From positions 148,118,001 through 148,182,000 of the forward strand of contig NC_043000.1 in NCBI RefSeq assembly GCF_006345805.1: a stretch of 64,000 bases of DNA, written 5' to 3'. The position numbers were made by a program, and so were the translations under genes. Shown here piece by piece: positions 1 to 12,066 of the stretch. How positions within the stretch are numbered: position 1 is the first letter of the stretch; every line of letters begins with the position of its first letter. The notes below the pieces were generated by a model. That model made no database searches. It was not told the origin of the DNA and saw only the letters and a list, made by a program, of their open reading frames with translations. Origin of the DNA: Octopus sinensis. Lineage: Eukaryota.

Positions 1-377
1 AGTGGTATAATTGGATAATTGGCAGAGCATTAGACCAAATGGCTTGCAACAGTTATTTACTTCCCCTTTGTACTGAGTTTAAATTCTTTTGAAGTGAACT
101 TTTCTTTCATTACCTTGGAATCAGTAAAATAAGTACCACCAATTTGTGGCCTTGTTCCTAATTTAGAAATCATTGTTATAGAGGGCAGTGGTTGGCAGAA
201 ATAGTAGAGTGCAAGATAAAAACAGTTAGTACAAGCTTATGTTCTTCACCAGGGTAATCTTTTTCTTTTCTTCTAGTATCAATTAAGTAAACACTAGTCA
301 AGTACTGGGATCAATCATGTTAAGTGCTCCACCTTCATGTATTTTTGTGGATAGATTAGAAATAAAACTGAGGTAGT

Positions 378-781
378 GGTGCAGGAGTGGCTGTGTGGTA
401 AGTAGCTTGCTAACCAACCACATGGTTCTGGGTTCAGTCCCACTGCGTGGCATCTTGAGCAAGTGTCTTCTGCTATAGCCCCGGGCCGACCAATGCCTTG
501 CGAGTGGATTTGGTTGACGGAAACTGAAAGAAGCGCCTGTCGTGTATATGTATATATATGTGTGTGTGTTTGTGTGTCTGTGTTTGTCCCCCTAGCATTG
601 CTTGACAACCGATGCTGGTGTGTTTATGTCCCCGTCACTTAGCGGTTCGGCAAAAAGAGACCGATAGAATAAGTACTGGGCTTACAAAGAATAAGTCCTG
701 GGGTCAAGTTGCTCGATTAAAGGCGGTGCTCCAGCATGGCCGCAGTCAAATGACTGAAACAAGTAAAAGAGTAAAAGAGAA
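378..781 (+). mobile_element. SINE family A (tRNA-derived head, CORE-like segment, internal TA/GT microsatellite, GAGTAAAA tail), full length
   Basis: Head gcaggagtggctgtgtggtaag...ggttcagtccc; atcttgagcaagtgtcttc resembles the CORE motif (recalled). More than 15 near-identical copies in the window. Confidence 0.85.
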
Positions 782-1024
782 AGATAATTTTTCAAGTTTG
801 TATATTAAGTATAACTAAAAGCTAGGCAGTAGGTGACCTTTCTATTTTCTCAGAGCAGAGGATGGTTCAGTTGAAACATTTTAAGGTAAAAAAATTTGAT
901 GAAGCAAATAGATTGGGTTGTTAAATTCAAATCTGATTGAGTAGACCTATGATCGAAGTTATTCCAGTTGTGACTGTACAGTGTTTTTCAACAGGAACAT
1001 CAAAGGCTACATTATTTAATGTGT

Positions 1025-1321
1025 CCTTGTGAGTGGATTTGGTAGACGGAAACTGAAAGAAGCCTGTCGGATATATGTATATATATATATATATATATGT
1101 GTGTGTATGTTTGTGTGTCTGTGTTTGTCCCCCTAGCATTGCTTGACAACCGATGCTGGTGTGTTTATGTCCCCATCACTTAGCAGTTCGGCAAAAGAGA
1201 CCTATAGAATAAGTACTGGGCTTACAAAGAATAAGTCTCGGGGTCGATTTGCTTGACTAAAGGCGGTGCTCCAGCATGGCCGCAGTCAAATGACTGAAAC
1301 ATGTAAAAGAGTAAAGAGAGT
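1025..1321 (+). mobile_element. SINE family A, 5'-truncated
   Basis: Starts at ccttgtgagtggatttgg; same body and gtaaaagag tail as 378-781. Confidence 0.85.
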
Positions 1322-3021
1322 AATGGAGAAAAGTGTTGTATTTAGTTATATTCCCTAACATTTTCTAAGTTATAATACCACCAAGATTGATTTTGCTTTC
1401 ATCTTTCTGCAGCTGATAAAGCAGCAGTTCAATACCTGTGTTAGAAAATATTATTATAAGGATGGTTGAGTGTTAAAATTGATAGATCTGTATCAGTATT
1501 TAGTTACCTCACTTGACATTCTGAGTTCTTTCAACTTTTCTCCTGTGCTGATAAAACATGTACCAGTCAAGTAAATTGGGATTGATATAAAATGACTGTG
1601 CTTTGCCTCAAAATTTGTGAATTAGAGTCAGTGTAAGAGATCATTCAACTATCTGATGAATTCTTTGTGGAGATTTCTTCTGCGGCCCTCTTTTGGTTAA
1701 GAAGGATTGACAGTTTTCTTCTGTCTGCTCACATTAGTTACATAGAGGACATGACTGAAAAATATAAGGAGAGAGATTTTTCTCTTCATTTAAACCTTTA
1801 TCACTTTTTAACATTCGATTTGCAGAGGAGGGGTATTGTAGTAAATATGTTAAAAGATGAGTGAGAGTAGTAGGCATGGCTTGAGTGAATGAACCCACAA
1901 TCAGCATGTGTGCTTGTTGGCTGGAAACTGATAGCTGGGAAAGGGCAATGTGGTCTTGGATCCATAAAGTTTCTTTGTGGACTCGAGGTGACCTATTTTC
2001 TGAGTTCAAATCTGAGGTCATTTTTATCTTTCACTGTTCTGGGGGTCAATAAAATATCAGTGAAAATACTGAGGAGGATTTAATCAAATTGCCTTTCCCA
2101 TTCATCTCTTCAGAAAAATTTCTGGCATTGTGTTGCCTACGTTAGAGATCATTATTATTAAACAGAAGCTTACTGTTAGCACAACAATCTTTCTTCATGT
2201 TTATTGATCAACATGACAATATTTAGCTTGTGCCTTACTCTGTTCTTGTTTCCTCTTGCATAAAATACACATTTACTTTGGGTAGGTTCTAAGTGCTAAA
2301 ACAATCCCTAATGAAAATAGAAACCCACTGCTAAGTTGACTGAGCCAGATGTATTTTATCAGAACACACAGACTGTAGAATCTGATTTTGTTTAGCTGCT
2401 GTGAAACCTACATTTGAGAAGTAATTCTCTATGTAGCATTTTTCATTTTTTTCTTTTCCCCTCTTAAAGCCTATTCCTATTACTGATTCCATTCCAATGC
2501 TTTACTTCCTTCTACTAACAGACATTACTTCAAGGTTGGATCATTTCTTTTAATACTTTAATCCTTAAATAATCTTCAGCAATTTCAGATTGAGGTTTGG
2601 GCTTAGTGTATTCACCCCACACTCTCTCTCTCTCTCTCCACTTTTACCTCAATTTCTTCCTATTTGTATTCCATCCCCAACTCTTTTTTTTCAATATCCA
2701 TGCTCCTTTCTCTCTGGTTTCTCTCTTCTTTGTCCTTTGTCATTCTGTCTCTCTCTCTTAGCCTTTCATTCCTCCTTTTCATTTCATCCTTCTCCTCACA
2801 TTGGAATCCAGTACTGCAGTTCTGGTTGACTTTGTAAAACATTCAAAATTTTCTTGCTACCTCTGCCTTCACCTCATCATCCTCCTCCTCCTGCTGCTGC
2901 TGCTGTTCCCTTTTCTTATTTTCTAGTCTTTTTTTTCAATGAGGGCATATTAAAAAATCAAATGTACCTAAATATTATCATTAAACTATAGAAAAAGTTA
3001 TGAAATATTTTTGCCTAGTAT

Positions 3022-3358
3022 AGCTGCAGGTGTGGCTCTATGGTAAGAAACTTGCTTCCCAACCACATGGTCTCAGGTTCAATCCCATTCTACTATATGA
3101 ACACTAAAAGAAGCCTGTCATGTCTATATGTATATATTTATGTGTGCGTGTCTTTGTGTTTGTGCTTGTCCCCTACCACTGCTTGACAGCCAGTGTTGGT
3201 GTGTTAACATCCTTGTAACTTTGTGGTTTGGCAAAAGAGGCCAATAGAATAAGTTCCCGGCTTTAAAGAAATAAGTCCTGGGGTTGATTTCTTTGATTAA
3301 AACACTTCAAAGCAGTGCCCTAGCATGGCCGCAGTGAAAAGTGACTGAACCAAGTAAA
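3022..3358 (+). mobile_element. SINE family A, diverged copy (a further decayed copy follows at about 3742-4100)
   Basis: Recognisable head, gaagcctgtc-microsatellite and tail motifs with many substitutions. Confidence 0.7.
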
Positions 3359-3730
3359 AAACAAGAGCACTCAGAGAGTGCAAACCTCTGCCAATGCAAT
3401 ACTGTCCTCTCAACGATTAGCTAGAGATGATTTTTAAAATGAGAATATCTGAAATAGACTCGACAGCTCTCACAAATGAGAATACTGAAAATGAACCCAA
3501 CCACTCTCAAAAATTAAGTGAAAAAAAAAACAGAAAAATAATCCAGAATCCCTCTCTGGTGCCAGATCAATCCCAAAATCTAATCAGTTCGTGCCAATCA
3601 TGAGGCCAAACATCCCTGAAACTTTCATCTGAATCCATCCAGCACTTCTTGAGACATCTTGTCCATGGACAAGCAAACAAACAAACACAACTGAAAACAA
3701 TACCTCTGCCTTCGCTAAGGCAGAGGTAAT
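3359..3730 (+). mobile_element. Non-autonomous Helentron-type element (HINE/DINE-1-like)
   Basis: Starts aaacaagagcactcagagagtgcaaACCTCTGCC (subterminal repeat 3384-3392). Ends in a perfect 12-bp hairpin TACCTCTGCCTT-cgct-AAGGCAGAGGTA (3701-3728) containing the inverted subterminal repeat. Confidence 0.65.
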
Positions 3731-4377
3731 AAGAGTATAGTCACAGGCTTGGCTGAGTAGTCAAGAAATTCCTTTCACAACCATGCTGCTTCACGATTCA
3801 GTTCCCCTATTTCGCACCTTGAGCAACTGTCTTGTACTATAGCTCTAGGCTAACCAATGTATTGTAAATGAATTTGATAGATGGAGACTATGTAAAAGCT
3901 TATTTTGTGTGTGTGTACATCTTTGTTTTTCGATCCCCACTCCCTAAACTGACAACTCATTTAGTTTGTTTATGTCCCTGTAACTTAGCAGTTTGACAAA
4001 AAGAAGCCAATAGAATAAAATAAGTTCTGGGTGTATTTGTTTGGCTGAAACTTTTAAGGCTGCTCCTGAGCATTGCTGAAGTCCAGTGACTGGCTAAAAT
4101 GTACAATATGAATAATTAAATAATACAGTGAGTTAGATATAACTTAAATAGGCCACTGACATGAAATTGCATAACTGAGTTGTGGGGTGATGCACTTAAT
4201 GATGTGGGGCGATGTACTTAATGATGTGTCTTCCTCTTCAAAAAAAAAAAATGAAGTTTCTCTCCCTTCTACCCCAAAATAATGCTTCTTTTTTGTTGGA
4301 GAAAGCAAACAAAACCTAATGACAGATGTTAGCAGCTATCGAAGAATGAAGAATTAATCTCTGAAAGTTAATCTACA

Positions 4378-4870
4378 TAGGCGTTTGAGTGGCTGTGTGG
4401 TAAGAAGCTTGCTTACCAACCACATGGTTCCAGGTTCAGTCCCACTGTGTGGCACCGTGGGCAAGTATCTTCTCCTACAGCCTCAGGCTGACCAAAGCCT
4501 TGTGAGTGGATTTGGTGGATGGAAACTGAAAGAAGCCCGTTGTATATATGTATATATATCACTGTCATTGTGACTGACCAGACTATCAGATGTTGCTACA
4601 CATCGCTGGTCACAATGCACTTCGCATTGTTTTAGCCTTCAAATGACACCACCCCGCTGGCTAAGCGAGCAGGCCAACAGAAGAAAGAGTGAGAGAAAAT
4701 TTTGGCGAAAGAGTACGGCAGGGTTTGCCACCACCCCCTGCTGGAGCCTCATGGAGCTTTAGGTGTTTTCGCTCAATAAACACTCACAACGCCCGGTCTG
4801 GGAATTGAAACCGCGATCCTACAACTGTGAGTCCGCTACCCTAACCACTGGGCCATTGCGCCTCCACATG

Positions 4871-4901
<31 letters not shown>

Positions 4902-5077
4902 TTGTGTGTCTGTGTTTGTCCCCCCAACATCGCTTGACAACCGATGCTGGTGTGTTTACATCCCCCGTAACTTAGCAATTTGGCAGAAGAGACCGATAGA
5001 ATAAGTACTAGGCTTACAAAGAATAAGTCCTGGGGTTGATTTGCTTGACTAAAGGCAGTGCTCCAGCATGGCCACAG
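4378..5077 (+). mobile_element. SINE family A interrupted at its internal microsatellite by a family D SINE
   Basis: Family A head 4378-4560, foreign segment 4561-4866, family A body resumes after the TA/GT run. Confidence 0.8.
4561..4866 (-). mobile_element. SINE family D (tRNA-derived head), tail variant 1, nested in SINE A
   Basis: Minus strand reads ggaggcgcaatggcccagtggttagg (A box)...ggtttcaattccc (B box). Head and centre are shared with 52628-53011. Confidence 0.8.
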
Positions 5078-5330
5078 TCCTGGAAGACTTTTTATGTAAA
5101 CAAGTTGAGGACCTTCTACAATTCGCTATTGATTTTGACAACAGTGTTAAAACACACGTTACAGCCTTTACAGATTCACTGAGCATTGAGCAGCAGTCAT
5201 GGGGTTGGTATTTTGATATTTGACATGAACCATCAAGATATAGATAACTCTTTTCCAATATTCAGATGGCTTCCAGTCTGCCATGTCAGCTAACTTTTTC
5301 CCAACTACAACTTTGCTTATGCTCTCTAAT

Positions 5331-5730
5331 GAGGGGCTAAACATAGAGAGGACAAACAAGGACAGACAAAAGGATTAAGTCGATTACATCGACCCCAGTG
5401 CATAACTGGTACTTTATTTATCGACCCCGAAAGGATGAAAGGCAAAGTCGACCTCGGCGGAATTTGAACTCGGAACGTAGCGGCAGACGCAATACTTATG
5501 TCTTTACTACCCGCAAGGGGCTAAACACAGAGAGGACAAACAAGGACAGACAAACGGATTAAGTCGATTACATCGACCCCAGTGCGTAACTGGTACTTAA
5601 TTTATCGACCCCAAAAGGATGAAAGGCAAAGTCGACCTTGGCGGAATTTGAACTCAGAACGTAACGGCAGACTAAATACGGCTACGCATTTCGCCCGGCG
5701 TGCTAACGGTTCTGCCAGCTCGCCGCCTTA
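5331..5730 (-). mobile_element. SINE family B tandem dimer (MetaSINE-like central domain)
   Basis: Two copies of atcgaccccgaaaggatgaaaggcaaagtcgacc; head ends ctgccagctcgccgcctta. The MetaSINE resemblance is recalled, not searched. Confidence 0.75.
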
Positions 5731-6085
5731 TGCCCTCTAATGTCGTTGACTGTTCACCAATACATCAAGCTCTTCCTGAAAAATGGAAACATAGAATATC
5801 ATCAAATTTATCTCAGATATCTGTGTATGTGTTTGTCTCCTTGTCTTGATGTGTGATAGTTGTAAATGAATGTCACTGTCATACAAGCAGTGTCGTTCAT
5901 TTCAAATATCTTGCAAAAACATACGGGGGACCATAGGGAAATTTTATCCTGCTTGGAAGCAGATATGGATTGGTGACAATAAATTCCATCCAACCCATAG
6001 AAGCTTGGGAAAGTGGACATCAAAACGATGATGATGGTACATATATTTGGATGTGTGCTTATATGTGTGTGTGGAATAAGTGTTT

Positions 6086-6187
6086 GTGGATCCGTGGAAT
6101 AAGCTGCCGGACGAGATAGTGAAGATGCCGACGACCGCTCAGTTCAAAGTCTCCCTTGACCACAAGTGGCCTGAACTCTTTACATGA
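6086..6187 (+). mobile_element. CR1/L2-group LINE ORF2 C-terminal fragment (3' UTR probably continues to about 6255)
   Basis: Translates VDPWNKLPDEIVKMPTTAQFKVSLDHKWPELFT*, the WN.LP..VV....F K..LD end motif of CR1-group ORF2. Followed by aactaacgaactaac. Confidence 0.75.
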
Positions 6188-7560
6188 ACACCACGTCCTC
6201 CTACATGGCCTTGTTTTTTGCTTTTTGAGCCAAAAATTAACTAACGAACTAACATATATACACACCTTGTTCTCAGTCTTGTTTTTCCTCAGCCTCCAAA
6301 ACACACACACACACACACACCTACTACTAAAGAGTTAATATAAGGAGCTACTTAATTTGTTGATTATCTTCTCCTCTCTTCCACATCCTAAACTCTTACC
6401 CCACTCCCTTTATAGTTTATTATATTCCCTCTTAATGAAGTCAGTACTGAACTAACTGAATGGTTGACTAAGTGATTATACATAACTGAACAGCATCCCA
6501 ATCTAGGGCTTGGAAGGATTGCTGGTTGTATGTTCTTGTCATGGAAAATCAATCTGGTTAAAAAGCAAAGGGTGTTTCTTTCTATTTTCCCCCTACATTC
6601 TCCCCTTTTCTGTAATTCAACATTTTAGCTCATCATGATCATTAAGATACCAATACCATGCTTCTGCTACCACCACCACCACCACCACCATCAGCAATAA
6701 TAAACTTTTGTTAACACTGTTACTACCGATTTCTTCTTCCCCATCTGGTTTTTCTCCATCCTATTTCTGAAAAGTGTTTCAAAATTTTATCTTCTCATCA
6801 TTATAATGATCATGGTTGCTGTCACGATCAGCTTCAGTGTTGTAACTACTCCCTCTATAGTTTTACTACCACTGCCTCCACCATCGCCATCTTTATCATC
6901 ATCATCATATTAACAGGAACCTGCCTTTTAGGTTGTTACTACTTTTGCCATCATCATCACCATCATCATTATCAAATGGGAAAACCACACCTCCAGTGTA
7001 TTACCCTTTGCACTATCACAAAACTACCCTTCTGTTTTATTAGTACTACTATCACCACTACCACTACCACCAGTTCCACCATCATCACTTGACAATGCCA
7101 CCCCTCTACCTTGTTAGTGCCATTGTCGTCACCACCACCACTACCGTCAACACTGACATAACCATCCCTCTAGAGTATTACCACTATCCCCCCACACACA
7201 CACATACACACCCCAGCTGGTCTCTTTACCCTTTCCTGTTATTTACCATTCTTATATGTCCGTTATTGTCATTTTGTTCATCATCACAGCCTCAGCAGTT
7301 CCTCCTCTCTGTCTCTCGTTAATTCCAACACTACTTCTTGTTTTTCTACCTCTTTCCGTAATTACAGAGTGATAGGAACAGTGGGCCTATAATACTGGAG
7401 TGAACAACCTTTTTAGTTACCAGAAGCATATTGCATGTGCATAATAACTTGTGTGGGAGTTGGGAAGTGCTCAGAAAAATAACGAAGCCTTTAATTTTAC
7501 AAATTCAGAATATATAATTCATGTTAAAATTATGACTGGTTTGGTCTTAATGTTTATTTA

Positions 7561-8030
<470 letters not shown>

Positions 8031-9059
8031 TATTTACTTAGTTTTTTTTTTTTGCTTTTTTTAATGAAATTTTAGCGACATCGTCAGTGAACAGTTTCAA
8101 ATTTGTCTGCAGACAAGAAGGTCCATGCCTCTGCTCTAGATGGTTGCTCAACTGATTAGAAATAGTAGCCAAATTCTTTAAAATTACACTTTACCATTTT
8201 AAAAAACGGAAGAACACTTCAGGCAATGTAGTTTTTAGATATAGAAGAAAACAAAAAAAAAAACAAATGAATGTGATGGGATGATCATGACTGGAATGCA
8301 TTTGATTTTAAATATGCTCAATTAAGTCTCACCTGTGGTTAAACAACCATTGCTGCTGCCAAAAATCAATTATTGTTCCCCGTCACAATCAATTCCTCCT
8401 CCCTCATAGTTATGTGGTAATTGTCATTATAATCACTAGCATCACTATCACCATCACCACCACCACCACCACCACTAAGTGTATTATTTAATATTGCCAT
8501 CAGTAGTAGATTAAGATAATACTAATAAAACCTCCAGCATAACATTGCCACTATACTCTTTCTCCTCTTTCTTTTCTACTTCTCTCGCCTTTTTCCTCCC
8601 CTCTTAGTTTCACTTTCACTTCTCTCTCTCTCTCTCCTTAATCAGTTAAAAAAAAAAAGAAAAAAAAGAAAGAAAAGGGAAGATGTGAAACTTGCTTTTG
8701 GGTTTCTTTTCCATTATATATATATATATATATATATATTTTATCTTTTCACAACTCCATAAAATAATAACCCCCCCCCCAAGGAAAGGCAATTTCACTG
8801 GTTTTTGTTTTTTTTTCTATATTCAATAATGAGATTTCTCATCTTGATTTTTATCCCATCAATTGTCTGTCTGTTTGTATTAAACTTTTCTTCCAGATTG
8901 TTTAAAAAATTTTTATTGATTGATTTATTTATTTTTTATTATTATTATTTTATCGGCTGATTCCATTCATATTTATTTATTTATTTATTGGAAAATAAAA
9001 CAAACAAACAAGCAAAACCCCAAAAAAAAATAAAAAACTTCTTTATAAGTGACCTTTAT

Positions 9060-9960
9060 TTGAGACCAGCTTTAATTACCCTCTTCCTACTATTCTCTCC
9101 CCTGCCCCACCCCCCTCCACTGCTTTTTCATTATCTTCCTATCTTTACCATTTCTATCTCTTTCTCATTCTCTGAATTTCATGTATCCCTCTTACTCTTC
9201 ACTTCCTATCTTTTCTCTCTCTCTCTCTCTCTCTACTCTCTTTCCTCACTCCATATTTTTCCAAACCCTGTCTTCACTGTCTCCCTCCCTCCCTCTCTCT
9301 CTCTCTCTCTCTTTCCTTTCAATCATGCTTTCTCTTCATTTAGCTTTCATCTTTCTCTTTTTTACTCTCTTTTCTCTCTCTCCCTTTCTTTTCTCACCGT
9401 CTTCCCCTCTCTCTCTCTTTTCACCCTCATTCTCAGTCCTTCCTCTTCACTCTCTATCATTCCTTAACATCTTCCTCCCTACAATTCCTATCTCTCTTTC
9501 CTCACTCCCTATCATTCCTGTTTCTCTATTCCTCTTTCCTGTCTTTCTCTCTTACTCTCTCTCTCTCCTCACACTCCCTATTTTTACCCAGCTCTATCTA
9601 TTCCCCTTATCTTTACCAAATCTCTCCTCATTCTCTCTCGCTATATATATATGCAGCATACACTTACATATAAACATAATATCATATACATTGTGACACC
9701 CCAAAACACACTAAACATTATGCATTCATATACTCACAAACATATCTGTTTTCTAACTTTCTAATCTTCCTTTTCTCAGATTGTATTCTCTATCTTTTCA
9801 TACTTTTTCTTTCTCATCCGTTTCTCTTCCTGTTCCCCCATCTCTCTCTCTTTCCCTCTATCTCTCCCCTTCCCCAACCTCTTTCCTTATATTTCCATCT
9901 GTCACTTATTTTCTCCTTTCTCACTCTCCCCACCTTGTTCTTTTACCATTGGCAACAAAA
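9060..9960 (+). repeat. Long CT-rich polypyrimidine low-complexity tract
   Basis: About 900 bp of degenerate (CT)n; explains the Leu/Ser/Phe-rich ORFs. Confidence 0.85.
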
Positions 9961-11626
9961 AGGACTGGACTATATATACCTTTATTGTAATTTCCAGCTA
10001 TTTGAGGAATATTTTATTCATTTATTTATTTTTTCGTAAAACTTGAGTAAACAATCAAAATAAAGAAATGTATATGTGGTCTGTTGCTAGATAGATACTG
10101 AGAAAATAAAAACAAAAAATATTAAAGAAAATAACTAAATAAATTATACTGACTTCTATATAATTTCCACATTTTTTTCTTTCTTTGTCTTCCACCCCAC
10201 TTCATTCTAAAACTGACCTGATTCATCAGCTACAACCTCAGTTTGCGATTAGTACAAAAGTGTTTCAAGTTGAGAAAGGTTATATGAGGTCATATCTGAT
10301 CTAAAGATATAATAACAGTGCCCAGTCTATTTTTTGTCTGGGTCAATTTGAAACCCTCTCTAATAAGCACAGCATTTCTTAGAACAAGACAGATTTTATA
10401 GATGCGTATGTACGTATGTGTATGTATGTATGTATGTATGTATTGTATTTCAGTCTTATTTCAAGTGTGTTACATGTGTATCTAATTAGAGATAGTTTTC
10501 TTAATGGATATGCTTATGATTTTGTGCATTTGTATGTGAGTGAGAAAGGGAGTTAGAATATACTTATGTGCATACAGCTATATGTCTTTTGCTCATTTCT
10601 ATATAGAACAATTGTGACTGTCTTTCACTGTTTATGTTAATACAGCCAGGAGAGGAAGACCAGTGCACATGACTTTCATTATTGCATATATGTTCATTGT
10701 CATATATTGTTGCATATGCATACATGGACAGTTATGCACGTATACACATGTACAAACACACATAAGTGACCAAAAAGCTATAAGATTTAGAATCCTAATT
10801 ATCATTTTGTTGTATTCTATGCAGATTTAAATAAATAAAAAAATATATTGTCAGCTGATGTTGTCTGTCTTTTGCTGCATTATACACCCATGTCCCCAAC
10901 GTAGCTACCATTTCCAGAGACAAAATTGGAAACCTTCAACTATGAAGAATTTGAGGAGCCACTTGTCTAGTCTTACAGTTAACCGAAATGTCATCAAACT
11001 TCTTTCCTTGCAGCTTCATTCTGATATTTAGGGAACTGAAAAAGAATCTGATGGGGGTAAGGTCAGCGAAACTTAATGGCATGGAATGTGATGTGTGTGT
11101 ATGTGTGCATACATACACTCGAAATATTTGATGACATTTTAACGATGACAATTTGTTGATGTCATTTAAGTAGGGAAGAAAAATTGACATGTTTAAAATG
11201 TTGGGTGGAGGTAACTGTTTGAATTAATAGTGTGCATAACATATCAAGACTAAATATAATCTCATGATTGCTCTCCATATGTTGTAAATACCTTACTTGT
11301 TTATTGTGTTAGCAGCCATTAATGTCTATTTTTTTCTTTTTTTTTTTTTAGATTTTATTATTTTGTTGTAGGAATATCGGGTATTAAACTTTGTAGGAAA
11401 GCTGAAATTTTAATGTGGATTAAACTATAATAAAAATTGCTGCAGTGGAGAAATAAATATTTAATTTTAATTATTATTTAATATTTGGACATTAACGACT
11501 AGCATATTGGTATTAAGGCCATGAAAAGTGATGCAAATGGATATTCTGGCAGAACTCGTGGAACTTGCAGAGCATCTGTCAAAAATATTTGGCTGTATTT
11601 AGATTTATTTTTTATTTATTTTTCTT

Positions 11627-11825
11627 ATTTTACTTGTTTCAGTCATTTGACTGCGGCCATGCTGAAGCACTGCCTTTAGTCGAGCAAATCAACCTCGGGA
11701 CTTATACTTTGTAATCCCAGTACTTATTCTATCAGTCTCTTTTGCCAAACCGCTAAGTGACGGGGACGTAAACACACCAGCATCAGTTGTCAAGCAATGC
11801 TAGGGGGACAAACACAGACACACAA

Positions 11826-11904
<79 letters not shown>

Positions 11905-12066
11905 CGACAGGCTTCTTTCAGTTTCCGTCTACCAAATCCACTCACAAGGCATTGGTCGGCCCGAGGCTATAGTAGAAGACACTTGCCCAAGATGCACGCA
12001 GTGGGACTGAACCCGGAACCATGTGGTTGGTTAGCAAGCTACTTACCACACAACCACTCCTGCGCC
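11627..12066 (-). mobile_element. SINE family A
   Basis: Tail tacttgtttcagtcatttgac through head cctgcgcc. Confidence 0.88.

Noticed and set aside
854-885. 32-nt segment between ttttctcag and AAG|gtaaaa, possible microexon
   Set aside because: Not a multiple of three, no BAR-like translation and no other support.
5076-5224. Open stretch VLEDFLCKQVEDLLQFAIDFDNSVKTHV...
   Set aside because: No start codon or splice sites, abuts a SINE end, and no family recognised.
8988-9990. 159- and 171-aa hydrophobic ORFs resembling membrane proteins
   Set aside because: Products of CT-rich low-complexity DNA.
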